Positions 38,882-64,000 of a DNA stretch of 64,000 nucleotides are shown piece after piece. The translations under genes were made by a program, and so were the position numbers. The stretch is from NCBI GenBank assembly GCA_051362555.1, contig CM120641.1:9362001-9426000 (forward strand), given 5' to 3'. Below the pieces are notes generated by a model. That model was not told where the DNA came from, did no database searches, and saw nothing but the letters and a program-made list of their open reading frames with translations. Source of the stretch: Lingula anatina (taxonomy: Eukaryota; Animalia; Brachiopoda). How positions within the stretch are numbered: position 1 is the first letter of the stretch; the number at the start of each line of letters is the position of its first letter.

Positions 38882-40835
38882 ATGTATTGGACTTGAATTG
38901 CAAAAACAAGAATAAATGTACTGGCCCTTTTTAGAAATACTGTTCCTATAACGGAAAATGATAAAAAAAACAATGAAACATTTTATTTGACTTGAGCAAT
39001 TACACTTTTCACACAGACATGCGATTTTCTTTTTCTTGAAAACGTAAAAGCGCCTATATCGAACAATTAGAACATTAATACCTTATATATTACATCTGTT
39101 TTATTGATTTGGAAGTTTCGTGGCGTATAATGTAATTGCATACTGTTAAACGTCTAATAGATGGCAGCTTTTTGATAATGCATGGATGTTACATATAAGA
39201 TATTCGTTTATTAAACATCTTGCCGTATATTCCTTGCATTTAAGGATAAATGAAACGGGTCTCATTATTGCATTATGCAACCAGTAGATCGCTGGTACCA
39301 TATGGATTTTAAACCAATTTTCTTGTTTATCATTGTCATTTACGTCATTCGTCTTAGAAGTGTGCGACAAGAACCACATGTTTGATAATTGATATTTTCG
39401 AGTTCCCAATTTACCAAATATTGGAAGTAAATGGACAATAGAGCAGTTCATAATCTTTATTTATTACGCTGATGCACACTGGTTTGTAACTGTGAACGAG
39501 CGCATCAAGTTCAAAGTCCTAGTAGTAGTAGTATTTCCGTGAATGTGTGGCAACATAAATAAATAAAAGTAATTCACAATCACAAAATACACAGAGCTTA
39601 TAACCCAGGTGCTGCTTATAAATAACCGATACATGTAGGTGTCATCAATTGTCAAACATAATAATGCTATCATTATAAAGCTATAAAAGTATAAAAGGGT
39701 ACGTTGGAGTTCCAGACATGTGGGACTGAATGTTGTAAGATTTAGTAAAGGAATCTGACAAAGATGCTCTGATAACATTTAAAATTAGATGTTCGACGTA
39801 CTGTTTCCCGTTAAATAGTGAGCGTGAGTAACTTAAAATAGAGATTTGTGAAATTTTCAACAGACCAAGTAGTTGACGAATAGAGGCTGAGTATCAGTGA
39901 AACTTAGCTACAAAGAACCAATGGTTAAGAGCCCCCCACTGTTCACTGTTCGAGTAGAGTTATTCGTATTATAAGTTTAATGGCAAAAAATTATCGCTGC
40001 TTTGACCATTTAATAAACTAAGTCTTGAATAAATTGATAAGAATAGAACAGATTTTTCTGTGAAAAGATTGAAGTGGTTCCAGGTGTTGTTCTCTGTGCA
40101 TGTGCCAATTGAAATAATTCGATTATTCATTTCCTCCCACTTAGAAAGTGTGCAGATGTATGGTGTTCGAAAAAGAATCTCATTAAGACAAATATAAAGA
40201 GATTCCAAGGGTTAAATGTATTCAAATGTTTTTTCTTCGAGATTTCACATTTTTAGTAATCTAAACATATTTAGAGATATATAAAATGAGTTTGTTTGAA
40301 TCTAGTGAGTAATTGCCATATCTCATCCCCACAAATCTACGAATTCGCAGTACGAGGTAAGTGCAAGCTCTCAAATTACACATTATGGTAATGTGTCTGT
40401 AATACCAGGTTCTAATGAACTAATAGTTAAATTTCTACCATCACTGAAGCCTGGCATCGTTGTGTGGAGAAATGACTTTCAAGAAATGCTTTATTTATGT
40501 AACGTGTAAATTTTGCTGAGTACAGAAGTGATTTGCATCTTACAAAGGTGTTACTTATCCTCTTTCATTTTACAGTGTATTCCAAAAATGTGCTTTAATT
40601 TGCAAAAAGGAGAATGTAAGTTATCCCTACTTATACAGAGGAAACCATCAAAGATAACGCGTCCATCTTTGTTGTCTTATTTTTTATTGACAGTAATTGT
40701 AGCCACCCCTTAGTGATTTTTAATGGATCTTTTTTTTTTTTTTTTGTCATTAAACACGTAGTGGCCAGTTGTCTTGTCAATATCAGTTGAACTTTTAGAG
40801 ACTAAGAAAATAAGATATGGAATATGTTAATCAAT

Positions 40836-40837
<2 letters not shown>

Positions 40838-40872
<35 letters not shown>
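40838..40872. repeat. (TA)n microsatellite
   Basis: About 17 TA units read directly. Confidence 0.9.
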
Positions 40873-40874
<2 letters not shown>

Positions 40875-43694
40875 TATGGATGATTTCAAAACGAATGAAT
40901 GGATAACTACCTTAATAAAATTGACAGTTAGTTAGATCTGAAAAAAAAAAAACCAGCCCTGCGTCTGACACATTTTGAGATCATTCGCTATTTCTCAGTC
41001 GGAATGTCACTCCCCTTCAGATTATTTCCGGAGAGAAGACGGTTTGTTTGCACTGACTACAGTAAACAAATTCTTATAAAAACAAGAACAAAGCCATGGT
41101 CTGCACCCACTATGTGATACCCGTCACACGCAGTGGGCTCATTAAGACAAGAGATTAGCTCACCAACGTGATCAATATCGTTAAATCGAAATCAAACCAT
41201 CGAATGCGAAATGCGCGGGCTGAAAAGCATTCATAATGTAAATGCGCGTTGGAGGTTTTTATCCTCCGAGATTTAACGCAAAGTGTGAGACATGGTTGCA
41301 TATCCCAGTGTCTTTCATAAAACAGGTATTCCTCTGGTGGTTTGAAGCTGAACTGAACTTTATAGGCTTTCTTTACTAAGATGAACACATTTCCATAAAT
41401 AATTTTACTTCCTGCAAATCTTCAAATGGAAAGGCATTGGGAGAAAGATGACTGATCGATTCATGATGTTCATTAAAGTGAGTCCACTTCGCTGATGTAG
41501 CCCGAAGCACTCGCTGATGACAAGGGTTCCATCTACACCTCTATCTTCTCGACCATATTCTTACACCATTGAACGCATACTCTGAGCTTATTGCCTTAAT
41601 ATAAAGCAAAACACTAATTTTTCTTGAAATTTAACACTTTTCCCTAAATCACAATGTGCACCATATACAAAACCGTTGGCAAAATTACGATTTATAAAAC
41701 CACTGTTGACTTCCAAGTTTATATTCAAAGTCATTATCTTATTAGAGATGGAAACTGGAAAGTGTTAGTTTCACTCGTAGCGGTAAAAATGCAAATTAAG
41801 GCCTCGTAATGGGTTTACAGATTGCAAGTTGGAGATGTATTTTTCACAGATACTGAAGCTAAGGCTGCAAATGGAAGACAGACGTTACAACCGAGAACTC
41901 TATAGGCCTACCTATAGTCATACATACGAGAACACAACCCTCCAGCTGTTTGACATGATAGCAGTATTATTGATCTTTGGACAAAATAAACGCGTTAGCC
42001 ATTGGAAATCTCAAGAGGTCTCTAGTAAATATTTGATGAATGGTTGGAAGAAGGCCTTACATCATTCTTTTCCTCCATTCTTAATTCTAACGCGTCGCCC
42101 TGAGTAAAACGTTTGAGTTATGCATCGCCAACGCCAACAGATTGTGTGGTCCTATAATCACCGTACTGAAACCCTTAAAGCAACTGGCACCACACATTTG
42201 GTGACACTGCTTCCATATTATGTTCCATTATTACAGGAATGAAGCGACGAAAGTTAACTTGTTTTTAAGACGACGGTATGCTAACTTCAGTTGTTTTCAT
42301 ACTTTATATCGCGAGTCTACAACTTATTATGAGATACTTGGGAAGTAGCAAAGGCGATTTCAAGACCTTGCCAATATCCATAATATCGACCGTATCTCTA
42401 ACGTCCTCAGTTCACTGACATTATGGGTTGTGTACAACAAATATGCCGGCCATAACAAATCGTTAAAAACACTTGGGTTGAGAATAACCAAAAAGTCGCC
42501 TTTAGTATGCCTAGTAAATATTCGGATTTTGGTGTACTTTAATTACAAGAACAATCCCTATATTTTCAAAGTAGACGTGTCGATCTTGCCTATTAATTTT
42601 CGGAGAGTTTTAAAGATTAAGTTTACTTTAATCTTCCTTTGAGTATTTAAACATTTCTCCATAAATTGGCCCGACAAAGTTGAGGCCAATTTAAAACATG
42701 CTTAGATAAGTTTAAGTAAAGTCAACATTATTGTCTTTCAAACACAGCAGCTGTAGCCATTATTTTCACACAAATCTTTTATAATAACGCTGGTTTTAAC
42801 TTTCTGCAAACCTAAACCCCGTACCAAATAGAACCTAAATCCAGAATTTCCATTTTAAAAAACTTTCCTATTTTTACCTATTTTTACGAGCACATTTCTC
42901 TCATAGGGTTAGACGTTCCTACTGACGCACATTTGCACACAGGCTGCAACAGGCGCTATACAACATATTCGGTGCTTTTTAATTTATTTTTACAAAATTT
43001 CTTATTAATTCGGAAAAAAATGATGTAAATGATTTCATTCCACCAACCCAAGCTCCAGAGAAAATAACATAAGAAAGCCTTTTTGGCTGACAATGTGATA
43101 TTCTGCGTTCTGTAAGGCAAATCGCGACGTTTTTTAGGATCAGGGTATTGAACAAAACCAAACACAAAAAAATTATTCAAATCGTCCATGTCTTTTTTTT
43201 TTCTCAATTTTTTTCACAAAAAGTATAAGCCTTGTTGAGTATAATGTAACTATATAGGCTTAGAAAAAGCTCTAACAAATCGATAGGCCATTACCACTCC
43301 TTCTCTTGGCACAGGTCTTACCCTCGCTGCTACAGTGTGTGGTCATATTCAATGCACGGTTTACACGTATTGTGTCCGGTGGTTCTCACCGGGTGCCTGG
43401 GCTCATTGTCGACTTAGAAAACGGCTAATAAAAGAAAGCCGCCGAGGAAAAAATTCCTCCGATATCACATTAGGCATACGGGCAGACACGTTAATTCCAT
43501 TAATGAAAGACGAGGTTTGTGCAGATAACATGGAGTTTGACATTTTCACCATCTGATGTTGGTTCCATCGTGACATGCACGTCTCATGTCGCCTCTCTAC
43601 ATACAAATCCATATCAGTCTCTTCCTTTCACTGTTCAACAAAGAAAGCTCAATTCTCCTCGTTACACCACAGCATTTCCTGGCTCATTTTGTGG

Positions 43695-46600
43695 TTACGT
43701 ATTACTCCACCAGGAGAGCAATCCTAGGCCGGGCTCATTAATACAGCCCTGAAATAAAATGGGAAATCTTAGTATTATCACCAGAAACAGTTGGCATTTT
43801 GCTCGTCTATAAAAAGAGACAACATATTTGGGGAATTAGCCAAGCAAATTCACTACTTGAAAACAAGTCAAGAGTGAACTACAAACAAATCAAGTTGTTC
43901 TTGGAAAAGTGCTTGTTTAATAAAAGAGGCTAAAATTCTTTTTTCAGTAACGACCTTTAAAAGTTTCTGTCTAAAACCAACAAACAGTGTAAAAGGCAAA
44001 TACATGTTGTTTCCAAATGTCATTTTTGTCACAATGGCACACCCAGTATATGACATATCTCAGGTATACAGTCACCCACAATACTCGTGTTGTACAATAC
44101 CACACATTTCTTAGAAAAATAATCTATCATCTTTGACAGAGATATTATATTAAATATCAGCCAACAGCCTTATTAGCTAACAGCTCAGTGGCTACAGCCT
44201 TCAAGGTCAGTTCTGCAAATACTGGTACTAACCCAACTAAAATTGCCATTAAGTCTTTCAATACACTTTACAGTCTCCCAGTAATGAGATGGGTTGTTAG
44301 AGGTTTCCTGGCAGTTGCGTTCTAATCAACCACGAAAAGTATGTTAGATGTTCTCAAATGGAAAACACTAAAGGTGATATGACAATGATAGAATATTGCA
44401 GAGTCACTGAGTGGATAAATGTTTTATTTAGTCACATACTGACTACAGTAATCAAATACTTATATATACAAGAACAAAGCCATGGTCTGCACCCACATTT
44501 ACCAGATGGCTTCCCGCTGGGCAGGTGACAGTCTTAAAATAAAGGTTATAATTGTCTGCTGATATGCAGATATGCATGGCAGATGTGCTCTCAGTGGAAC
44601 ATTTCATGTCATCTCTGATCTCAGTGGAGGCAGCAAACCATTACCCTCTACCAGGGTCTCAGTTATTATTGTGGACATTTTTTGCTGAATCGACCCTGTT
44701 ACGTTTGACCATGAGGAAACAATTGACTCTGCCCACGTGCAAAAGGCTTTGTACTCGCTCTGCAGGAGCTTTGCTTCGCATCGATGTGATAACTGCTTGT
44801 TATGCATCCTGTCTAAGGCTCTGCTGTCTGCTGAATCTAGCCACTGTGATGAAGGTCAGGGCAATTAACTGTCTTGATTGCTGTCAAGCAGACTTAGGCT
44901 TCGTTCACATGCAATGTCTATTTTCTATTTTCTATTTTCTATTTTCGGCATGTCTTATGATCACGGTCTGTGCACTGAATATCCCGCGGCGTAATTACTG
45001 GCAGCGCGAGCCAGTTACTATAAGTTACTATAAGTAACTGGCTCGCGCTGCCAGTAATTACGCGGCGGGATATTCAGTGCACAGACCGTGATCATAAGAC
45101 ATACCGAAAATAGAAAATAGAAAATAGAAAATAGACATTGCATGTGAACAAAGCCTTAGACTGGACCTGTCAATTGGCAGTGCCTGAGCAGTTACGCAAA
45201 CAGTTACCAGCCATGTAATCAGCCTTGAGATTCCATTACAGGGTCACATCAGACTAAACTGACTGTCTATTTATCTAGAGACATATCTGTGAATATCTGT
45301 GAAAAATCAATCTGTCGCCCTGGTAGAGGGTAGCAAACCATTAGTCCTTGGTAACCAATCGAAATTGGGGTGACTCCCAAACTACCAAGTCTCAGAGTGT
45401 GTGTTTGTGTACACAGAGATATATACTTACTATTAAAGAATATGGTGTTTTCTTAGTGTCTGTCTCCTGAACCTCAGTGCTATCTGCTGATACCTCAGGG
45501 CCAGAGGGGGTGGTGTCCACAAACACCTCATCCACAACACGGAACCTGCCAATATTCATGATCTTTAAAAACAAGGTGACCAAGAAATAAGTAAGGATTA
45601 GCCACAATAATCTGCATGTGCATGAACTTCTAAAAACAAATTCACTGATAATTTGCATTGAAAAATAAAAAGAATAATAATCTTTTAAAACATACATGTA
45701 CCTGACATTTGTTTCAATATATGATAAATTTACTAATAAAGCAGATATATAAAAAAAGACAAAAATGTAAAATGTTTTGAAAAAAACTGTAAAAGATCAT
45801 ACTTAAATTTTGAAAAGTAATTTCAAATATGTTACAAATTTCTTTTAATGTGATTAATCAATAATAAAAAATAAAATTTAAATTTTCACCAATCAGAACA
45901 CCATAAAAACATACATAAGTCACCCCATGATGTAAAAGGTATTTTCAGTTTCTCAACAATTATATTTCACTCATTTCTTATAATATAACAGCCTATATCA
46001 AATTTCTCTTACATTCTTGCAACCTGATCCAGCCAACAAAACACTAAGTTTTTTTTTTTTTTGTTATTCCATCTCTTTTCCTTGCAACCAATATTCAATT
46101 TTCCCTGACAAGTACAGTAGATACATGAAAACTACATGGGGAAACTGACACTACAAAGTCTGCACTGCTGACAGGATTTTTTTCTTCTTTTTTATCACTC
46201 AGGTAATTTCTTAATACTGTAAAAGTATCATTTCTGCCTGAAAAGTGCTGCCCACTGGAAACGTGTGAGACCAGTTTATCACTTATGGGGCAAGAAAAAT
46301 AGTATGAAAAAAATTTTTGCAAGAATTAAGAGAAACTAATTACACATCACTGACGCAAACAACAACTGGTCATGTTCTGATGTGGCCTACACTAGTCCAG
46401 GTTCCAAGATTTTCTAATTATATTATTGCAATTACAGCTGCACTCACATCATACTCAGACTAATTAAGATCAACAACAGCCTACAGTGAAAGTTCATGGA
46501 ATTAAAAAGGAAAACAACCAATTATCCTGCTACAGACCTGCAAATCCAACATACTGTAGAAACATACATTGCAAACCCCTTTCTGTTAAGAGCCACATTT

Positions 46601-48989
46601 TATTTACTATTATACCCCCTGAGGGTACATATAATTAATCAAAATCACAAGTTAATATTTTCCATATCTACAGTAAGGTAAGAATGCTTTATGTTGCCCC
46701 GCAGTTGTGTATGGCCGTTGGTTGATATTGCATTTGTGGCCCCAAGCTTGTAAATTGACCAGGTACGTAGCATTTCAGTGTGCAATTTCTTCACCTACCT
46801 GATTTCCTCTCCCACATCCATGTACAGATCATGTTTTTCCTCATCCACCATATACTCCCACACCCACAGCTGCTCTCTCTCATCACTGACATAAGTTAAG
46901 GCCATAGAAAATTGATCAAAGTTCTCAGCTCTTACAGTAATAAAATAATATCTGATCCTGCATTTGTAACATCTGACATTTAAGACATTCACTGACCCAA
47001 GACTGATAATTTTACTAACTGCCAGGAAGCAGAGTCAACCTTTTGATTGAGAGCAGAGCAGAGCAGCCTTGTAAATTGCACTAAATCCATTAAAACCACA
47101 GTGATACATCTTGATTATAAGAAAAAATCTTTATATAACACAATGTTATAGATACCAGATGTGCAACTTTCCACCAACCTGATTTTGCCTTTAGCCCAAA
47201 GTTAACTGACCTTGCAAAAATGAACATTCTTGTCCAGCACAAAGAAAAAACCCTGCTGTTATCACAGAAAGGTGTAGGGCAATGACTTAATCTTTTCAAT
47301 GGTGAAAAATGACCAATCCCTAAGATGTATAATTTTGAAATCATTGAAAATATGTATATATATATATATATATAACATTAATGGTGCTCAATAGAATGTT
47401 TTAATTATTAAAATTGATGACTTAAAAGATATAGTATCTGTAAAATTCACCATATTCCCCATCGAAAATATTGTGTCATTAATGGTTGCTTACTTATAAT
47501 ACACAGTGATACATAGGATACAATCTGGATGGATGTTGAAGAGCATCAGACGGTATTAAGATGTCATCAAAAAACTCTAGTGACACTGAAAATGAAGAAA
47601 ACAAATATAGGTTTACAAGAAAAAGATGAAATTTTATAAAGGTAAGCAATGTTTTTTACCTAACACTAAACACTACACTACACTACACTATACTATAAGG
47701 CCCTTTAATAGGCCCCATTCCCATAGACACCATTGGTCTATGTAGATTGACCCAACTCTGCGGGGACTCTTGCTGGCTGACTGGAATCTGCTTAACTGAA
47801 TGACATGCCTCCTTATGTAGAATACAGATCGAAAAGCTAGTGATTATACAAATATGTTGGAAACAAGAATTAGACTGATGGTGAATTAGACTGATGGTGT
47901 CTATGGCAGGGGTTGATTGATGCCATCTTCAGGGTCTTCTGGAAGACGGTCAGATTTTTAAGCTTACATTGATGGGTACCTAATTTTTTTTCTGTTGGAA
48001 GACAGTCAAAATGAAGGATCTATCAACAAAGATAATTTATTGGAAGACTGTCAGAAAATATCTCTGGATTTGCTTCTGTATGGGAATGAGGTCATATTCT
48101 CCTCCCTTCTATTAACTATGACTGCAGCTCTCAGTGATACAAAAAACCACAAGTAACACACCTTCCTATACATAGCTTGTCACTTCCTTACCATGTACTC
48201 CTTCCTTGCTACTGCTCTTGATTTTTCCAATCACAACTTCATCATTAAATGGGCGGAAGACAACGTAGCGGAAATGAACTGTAACCAATCATAGAACTCT
48301 ATAATGAGTTATATGCTATTTTCCATTCAGGTGCAAAATTCTTGCATTTTCAGCACTATGCAAGGACGTCCATTAAACCAAATGTAAAAAGAGTGATCCT
48401 CCACTACAAATATCTGACAGTTCTACCTGTATCCACAACTTTCTCTGAAGTTCAACACTGAAACTAGTAAAACATAAACAGCTAGGTTTCTTCTGGTTTA
48501 TTATAGTCGGACTAATGTTACAGAAACATAAGAGCCAAAGTATGATCTAATACTGAGATTATAAACACTTGCCAACAGTATGGGAGGAACCATCCCCTGG
48601 TAATATGTAGCTGTCTTCTAGCTTAGTGATGTCCCACAGAGCTATACATAGTCCTACATTGTGAACAACCTGTGAAATAAAACATGATTCATTCAATGGA
48701 ATAATTGCCATGAAGATGAAAGAATCAATTTTCAAAGTTCCATGTACTTTTTAATATAAGCTAATTAACATTTTCATTGTTCAAATATGAAGTCTTTCAC
48801 AGAAAATTACTGTCATGTTTTAAAAAGAAAATTACATGTATATTTTCTCTCTCTTTATCAGGAGAAAAAAGCAATTACCTTATTAGCTAGTTTTTTGTTA
48901 AGAGCCTCTACCACGGCATCTGTGAGTTTGACATTGAACTGCCATGGGGGAATACGCACAGTGTCCTTAATGTCTGCTAATACAAACAT
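43695..48989 (-). CDS. POLR3H: RNA polymerase III subunit RPC8/RPC25, 204 aa
   Basis: Exons 48989-48879, 48669-48573, 48278-48192, 47585-47522, 46885-46799, 45545-45431, 43748-43695 (615 nt). Translation [96 protein letters not shown]. Confidence 0.96.
44642..45332. mobile_element. Non-autonomous Mutator-like element with 9-bp TSD
   Basis: TIRs TACCCTCTACCAGGG and CCCTGGTAGAGGGTA, flanked by the direct repeat GCAAACCAT (44633-44641 and 45333-45341). Confidence 0.8.
44897..45155. mobile_element. Palindromic PIF/Harbinger-type MITE nested in the MULE
   Basis: TTA|GGCTTCGTTCACATG...CATGTGAACAAAGCC|TTA ends. The ~120-bp arms are almost perfectly complementary. Confidence 0.88.
46886..47521 (-). 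other. U12-type (minor spliceosome) GT-AG intron of POLR3H
   Basis: 5' site GTATCCTAT. Branch point CCTTAAC at 46901-46895, 7 nt before the AG. No polypyrimidine tract. Confidence 0.85.
47907..48078 (+). mobile_element. ~170-bp hAT-like MITE with 5-bp TSD (TATGG), copy 1
   Basis: Degenerate CAGGGG..GAT / ATTTGCTTCTG ends. Reverse-complement homolog of 60427-60594. Confidence 0.7.
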
Positions 48990-51119
48990 CTTGTTGGATT
49001 TTGTTAATGCAGCATTCTGTCATCTAAACACCTGCCAAATAGCAAAATAGAAATTTGTGTTATTTATAGTCAAAAGTCTGTCATGCCAGTCTTATATGTT
49101 TGGCTTCATATTGGCATAACTGTTGGATATAAAGAAGAACTATACCTTATTTATAGCACTGCCACTGGAAAAACTGATGGTTTTTCAGAAGTGTGCAACT
49201 AGAGGTAATGAAGGTTAACCAAAGTTAAGATTTAAGAACTACTGAAACACAGCTGATTCATTAACCAAAACCCCCTGGACGGTGTCTTTTCAGTATCCTT
49301 TGTACAACCATGAAACTGGCATCGCTGTGGTCATATAGAAAGGAGGCACAGAAGCATCACTCTGGTTGCAGAAGCCAGTTGTCGGCACATAGAGTTTTAT
49401 TTTTTTAACTCTCAAATGGGGCCATACTACGGGACGCAGAAATGAGAAATGATGCCATCAAGTGTAAAGAGGACTTAACCATCATTGTACAGTAACTGGC
49501 AGTATGTGCACCTACATGTATATCTTTCCTGTATTTTTACATATCAGAAAATGTAGAGAGGAGTGTTAAAACATGGAACTTTATAGGCTTCTAAAACATG
49601 AACAGAAGATCCATATCTGCAGACCACATTTCTAAATGACATTTAAAAGTGTGATATTATTCCTGAATGGAAGTTCGCAAATGCAACGCATCTAGAAACC
49701 ATGAACCCATGCATGTATCTAACGATGTACTGTTCTAGTATGTGTGTTACATACGTTACTATTTTTATTTAATTGGTGAGTGGGTGTGGTAGGGTTAGGC
49801 CGGGTTAACGTGCAAACAGAAGAGATGAGTGAAAAGTCTGGATAACAACCAGTGCCGTGGTAAATTTACTTCACAAGTAAAGCAGTACTAGTAGTTCTGA
49901 GTTTGGTAGCAGTGTATTAATAAGAAAAGCTGTCTGCTCCGTGTGTGAAGAATAACTGTTAAATTTACAAAAATATTTTGTTTATTTTATTATAATGCAA
50001 TCTACAAAACCTACCTGACTGTTATGTCAGTAAGTTTTCTTTTCGCCATCCTTTCCCATGTTATTTGTGCTATTCTGAGCAATTAAAAAACGCAGTATAT
50101 GAGGTGGTGAGTTTGTTGTCAAATGGACCATGCGACCGGAAATAAGACCCGTAGTCTGCAGATGTGCAGTGTTCTGATTACATGAAATAACGCATCGCTT
50201 TATACATATAAAACATCAATTTTTTTTAATTGTCATTATTAATGGGTGGTGATAAAGGAGAAATTTTCTATTATGATAATAAAAATCAAATATCATCTAT
50301 GTGATATTTTGTCCAATCAGATAAAGGGAAATGCATATCAACATTACCGCCATACTTCGAAAACCTCAAACCGAACTTGGAAAGTTGTATGTTTTCAGTG
50401 TGTAAATATGAGGTAAGTGGTTCTTGATTCTTTTAAACTTTGGAAAATCAAAATTCATATTTATGGTATATAATAAAAAGTAGAATGAAAATGTGCAGTT
50501 TTGGCAGAAACTTGTAATATTATAAGTGACACTGTTGGAACTCCTTGTAGCTTGTAACGTACATGTATGGTAGTCTTCATTACCAGTCATATCGACCGGT
50601 AGAAGCAACTATCGGAAACGTATGTTGGTTCCCTACCCCACTTTATTGGGGAGAACGGTGCTCTTTTTCAAACATAACAGATATCACTGAGATACCATTA
50701 TTTCAATAAGCCGTTTCAGTATAGAATACACAGACTCTACATTTTGCAGTCTCCAACTTCCAAGTCAAATTTTTAATGTCTACATCCAATATCTTGCTTG
50801 GCTTTCCCTGTTCAAGACCTATAGACAACGAAACCCCTATTATAAAAGTAGATGATGTCAATGTTACCTTCTGAAATGCATGTAGAAGACAAGGCAGTCC
50901 TATAGCTACTGGAAACATCTAGCACTAAATTGTTTAATTGAAAAAGAAACCATTGAATCCAAGTGCATGAATGGGTTGAGCATGCAGTGGCTTGTGAGTA
51001 GGAGAATGATACTTTTTTCAAGGAGTTTTTAGGTTTGGCAGGAAAATTGTTAGCAATACAACCATAATGTAATTTTATACATTGCTCATGCAGATTTGAA
51101 GAAATGATCTGACAAATGA

Positions 51120-63766
<12,647 letters not shown>

Positions 63767-64000
63767 GTGGGTATTCCTGGGTTAAGGCTGTTCCTAGCTT
63801 TTCAAATTTTAAGTTTTACATCTCAAAATGGGAACTTATTTTTGAAACAGTGAGAAGTGCACAAAATGATTACGCTGGAGTATTTTTTAAATTTTGTGTT
63901 CCGACTACCACTTGCCACACTGAGCATTCTTAGTGTAGTGCACATAACTGTATTTAGTCATTGATGGACAAGAGTCATCATGGAGTTTGTATTATTGATT

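Noticed and set aside
42950-43250. Possible non-autonomous DNA element fragment
   Set aside because: No convincing TIR pair or TSD could be established.
44552-45037. 161-aa ORF
   Set aside because: It runs across nested MITEs, antisense within a POLR3H intron, with no domain signal.
46608-46752. Short HINE-like remnant (TTATACCCCC.. and ..CTTGT ends)
   Set aside because: Too degenerate, and no matching subterminal repeat was found.

Overview
AT-rich, intron-rich animal genomic DNA. The repeat families and gene structure suggest a lophotrochozoan, probably a mollusc (inference). Six protein-coding genes can be rebuilt from splice signals and frame continuity: ZNF106-like (+), a 3-exon secreted Spaetzle-like cystine-knot precursor (+) that the ORF track shows only in pieces, a single-exon 2-TM protein with three PPxY motifs (-), FBXL16 (+), POLR3H/RPC8 (-), and ULK4 (+, head-to-head with POLR3H, runs off the window). 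POLR3H has one U12-type intron and one GC-AG intron. The most striking structure is a 7.6-kb non-autonomous Helentron-type (HINE) element at 501-8078. Its interior is a composite satellite of about 31 146-bp monomers and seven ~350-bp spacers with a 2693-bp higher-order duplication, and nearly every monomer carries a perfect nuclear-receptor DR1 site. Introns hold several MITEs (mariner relic, MULE with nested Harbinger, hAT-like with 5- and 6-bp TSDs) and minisatellites that copy splice donors. There is no CRISPR array or prokaryotic system. All coordinates and counts were read by eye and may be off by a few bases.
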